Shown: positions 61,580 to 64,000 of the stretch, in pieces | Layout: each line of letters starts with the position of its first letter | Position numbering within the stretch: position 1 is the first letter of the stretch | NCBI RefSeq assembly: GCF_048593235.1 | Contig: NC_133620.1 | Span: 23,809,123-23,873,122, forward strand | Direction of reading: 5' to 3' | Origin: Sminthopsis crassicaudata | Taxonomy: Eukaryota | Length of the DNA: 64,000 nt | Program-made: the position numbers and the translations under genes | Notes under the pieces: model-generated | What the model was told of the DNA's origin: nothing | Database searches by the model: none | Seen by the model: only the letters and a program-made list of their open reading frames with translations

Positions 61580-63285
61580 TGTATTCTATTGGCAAGATCC
61601 AGTCATAAACACTGACTACCTCAAGTTATTTAAAAGTTTCCTTATTTAAGAAGTAGATTTTATTAATATCTTTTGTTTTTACATAGCTACACTTCCCACT
61701 TTATCCCTTTCTCAGTAACATCTCTTATTAAAAAAAGAGAAAAGAATAATAAGAAAAACATTTAGCAAAACCAGTTTTTAAAAGGCTAGATGTTATGTGG
61801 AGTATTCCATATTTGTGGACCCCGCTTTCTTCAAGGAGTTTGGAGGGTGATGTCTTCTTATATCTCTTTGGGGCCATACTTGGTCTTTATAATTTCACAG
61901 TATTAAGTTTCTGTTGTTTTGTTGTGGTTATTCCTTTCATTTGCAAAGGCCTCTGAGTTTGCTCTGAAACTAACTCTAATTTACTCTATGTCTATGTGTA
62001 TATACTATTATATCTAGAAATATTTATATCTATATGTACATAGCTGTTTTAAGCTATGTTGTTTTTCTCACCAGAATGTGAGCAAAGATTTTTGCCTTTC
62101 TTTGTCCACGGTACCATAGCACAATGCTCCCCACCATCAGCACTTAATGCTTGTTGACTTGACTCTACTTACCTCTAAATTTTTGTTTTTTTGAAGCTCT
62201 ATCCAAATATTCAGTATATGTTGGTAATTAATTTTCAGATATTCATTTTATAGTTATTTAGAGAGGAACTTTACTTTCTATTATTTTCTCTTGAATTTTG
62301 TTTTGTTATATAGAAATGCTCTTTTTTATTTTATGTTTTATATATTTTATTTTATAAACTGCTACTTCCCTAAATCACTCCTTGCTTTACCAAGTTAATA
62401 ACTACTTTGCTAAATATTTTGTCTTAGTTTATTTGCTAACTTTCTATAAGTTAATCAAATTGCCAAATCATCATTCAATAAGGAGAGTTTTATTTTTTAT
62501 TTTTTGCTTGTATTTATGCTTTTAATTTCTTATTCTTGTCTTATTCATTTCTAGAACTACATTCAATAATAGAAAGGAATGGGGTCATCCTTGTTTTATT
62601 CCTGTATTTACAGGGAAAGTTTCTAGTGTTTCCTTATATATAATAGTATTTTTTGGTTTTAAAGGACTACTTCTTTAAAACCATATTTTTAAAAGGTTCT
62701 CTTTATGCCTGTTGTCATTTGGGTGTGTAGTGTCAGTGGGTCTTGTACTTTGTCAAAAACATTTATCTTTATCTCTTGATATAATGGTGTGGTTTTGGAT
62801 GGTTTTGCTCGCAATATGAATATTTATATTGTTTTTTCTAATATTGTTTTTACAGCTCCAACTTGATTTTGCTGAGTCATTTTTGGCTGTTGTCTTGTTG
62901 CCAGTAATTTATTTAAAGTTTTTGAATCAATATTCATTAATTATACTTTATTGGGCTGTGGTTTTTCTTTGCTTTGTCCTTCTCTAGTTTATAAAAAGCA
63001 TTGTCTCCTATAAGAAGAACATGATAGGGTTTTGTCTTAATATTTGAAAACAAATCTTTAAAAGTTTGATGGATTCATTTAAAAATCCATCTGAACTGGG
63101 GGTTATGGATAGTTCCTTTATAGTTTTTTTTTAAAATGTGGAATTTGTCTAAGATCTCTATTTCATGTTGTGTTGTTGCAGATATTTTGCTTAGTATGAT
63201 CTATTTCTTTTTAAGTTTCCTAATTTTTTGATATATTATACACATGTACATATAAATACAAACACACACATATATATGCATACAA

Positions 63286-63321
<36 letters not shown>

Positions 63322-63550
63322 GTATGTATATTTGTGGGTAATAGGCTCCAATATTTCTTATTTCTTCCCTTTCGTGATTTTATGTTACCAGTTTTTGTTT
63401 GGTGATTTGATTTTTATGTTCTTTTTAAATTAGGTTTTTAAAATTTTTGTAGTTTTCCCAAGGAACTTCTATATTTAGAGTTCCTATTTCCCGTAGTTTG
63501 TGTTTCTGCCTTCAGAAATTCATTTTTGAGAATGAATGAATGAAAAAGTG
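61580..63550 (-). mobile_element. Ancient AT-rich L1 remnants with (TA)/(CA) microsatellite at about 63230-63330
   Basis: Antisense L1 ORF2 motifs (ggaatggggtcatccttgttttattcctg...ggaaagtttctagtg); highly degenerate. Confidence 0.55.
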
Positions 63551-64000
63551 TTTATTAAGTCCTTACCCTCAAGGAGCTTATATTCTAAAGAGGGAGACAA
63601 CCCACAAAGGGGCATAGTGGTCAAGGAGGGGCATTTTGGTCCACATATTTACCAGGATGGTGAGTTGAGTTTTGAAGGAATACATCAGTCGGAGTTGATT
63701 TGATCATGTTTCATGTTTTCACAAATGGAAAGTAGGTTGAGGAGGAAAGTATCTTTATGGGGGCAAAATGATTGTCAAGGCTATGAAGTTTCTGCCTGGA
63801 GAGTTCCTAACTTAATAACCTTTCTAAACCCTGTAGAATTTTAGTCCTTGGGATCGTAACTATGCTTTCTGTGAATTTTTTGAAATATCTGTTCTCCAAA
63901 TTTAGGACCTGGTTTCTTTCTTTATCACCAATTCCTAGATAATTACAATTTTTAATCACTTAACTCTTTGCCTCAGTTTCCTCAACTGAAAATGAGGATA

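Overview
Marsupial genomic DNA. It is probably dasyurid, inferred from WSINE1/MAR1-type SINEs, dasyurid-like L1 3' ends and OC1-type hAT MITEs, with no opossum SINE1_Mdo-like copies seen. Gene content: complete BTF3L4 on the minus strand (non-coding exon 1 plus 5 coding exons, 158 aa); complete TXNDC12/ERp18 head-to-head on the plus strand (7 coding exons, 170 aa, CGAC active site, QDEL end); intronless KTI12 nested on the same strand in TXNDC12 intron 2 (356 aa); and a CpG-island promoter with an ATG-free first exon at about 53.5-53.8 kb, which by synteny should be RAB3B (no RAB3B coding exon is in the window). The rest is introns and intergenic DNA rich in L1, L2, CR1/L3, CORE-SINEs and hAT MITEs, with two assembly gaps. 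The most notable observation is that this KTI12 has the normally invariant Walker-A lysine replaced by arginine (GLPDSGRS), plus other changes around the nucleotide pocket, in an otherwise intact ORF. Other leads are an extended miR-19-complementary site in the BTF3L4 3'UTR, a strong splice-acceptor-like site just upstream of KTI12, OC1-type MITEs and an L2-derived 87-bp minisatellite. All family and orthologue assignments come from recall and manual reading; no database searches were run, and repeat boundaries are approximate.
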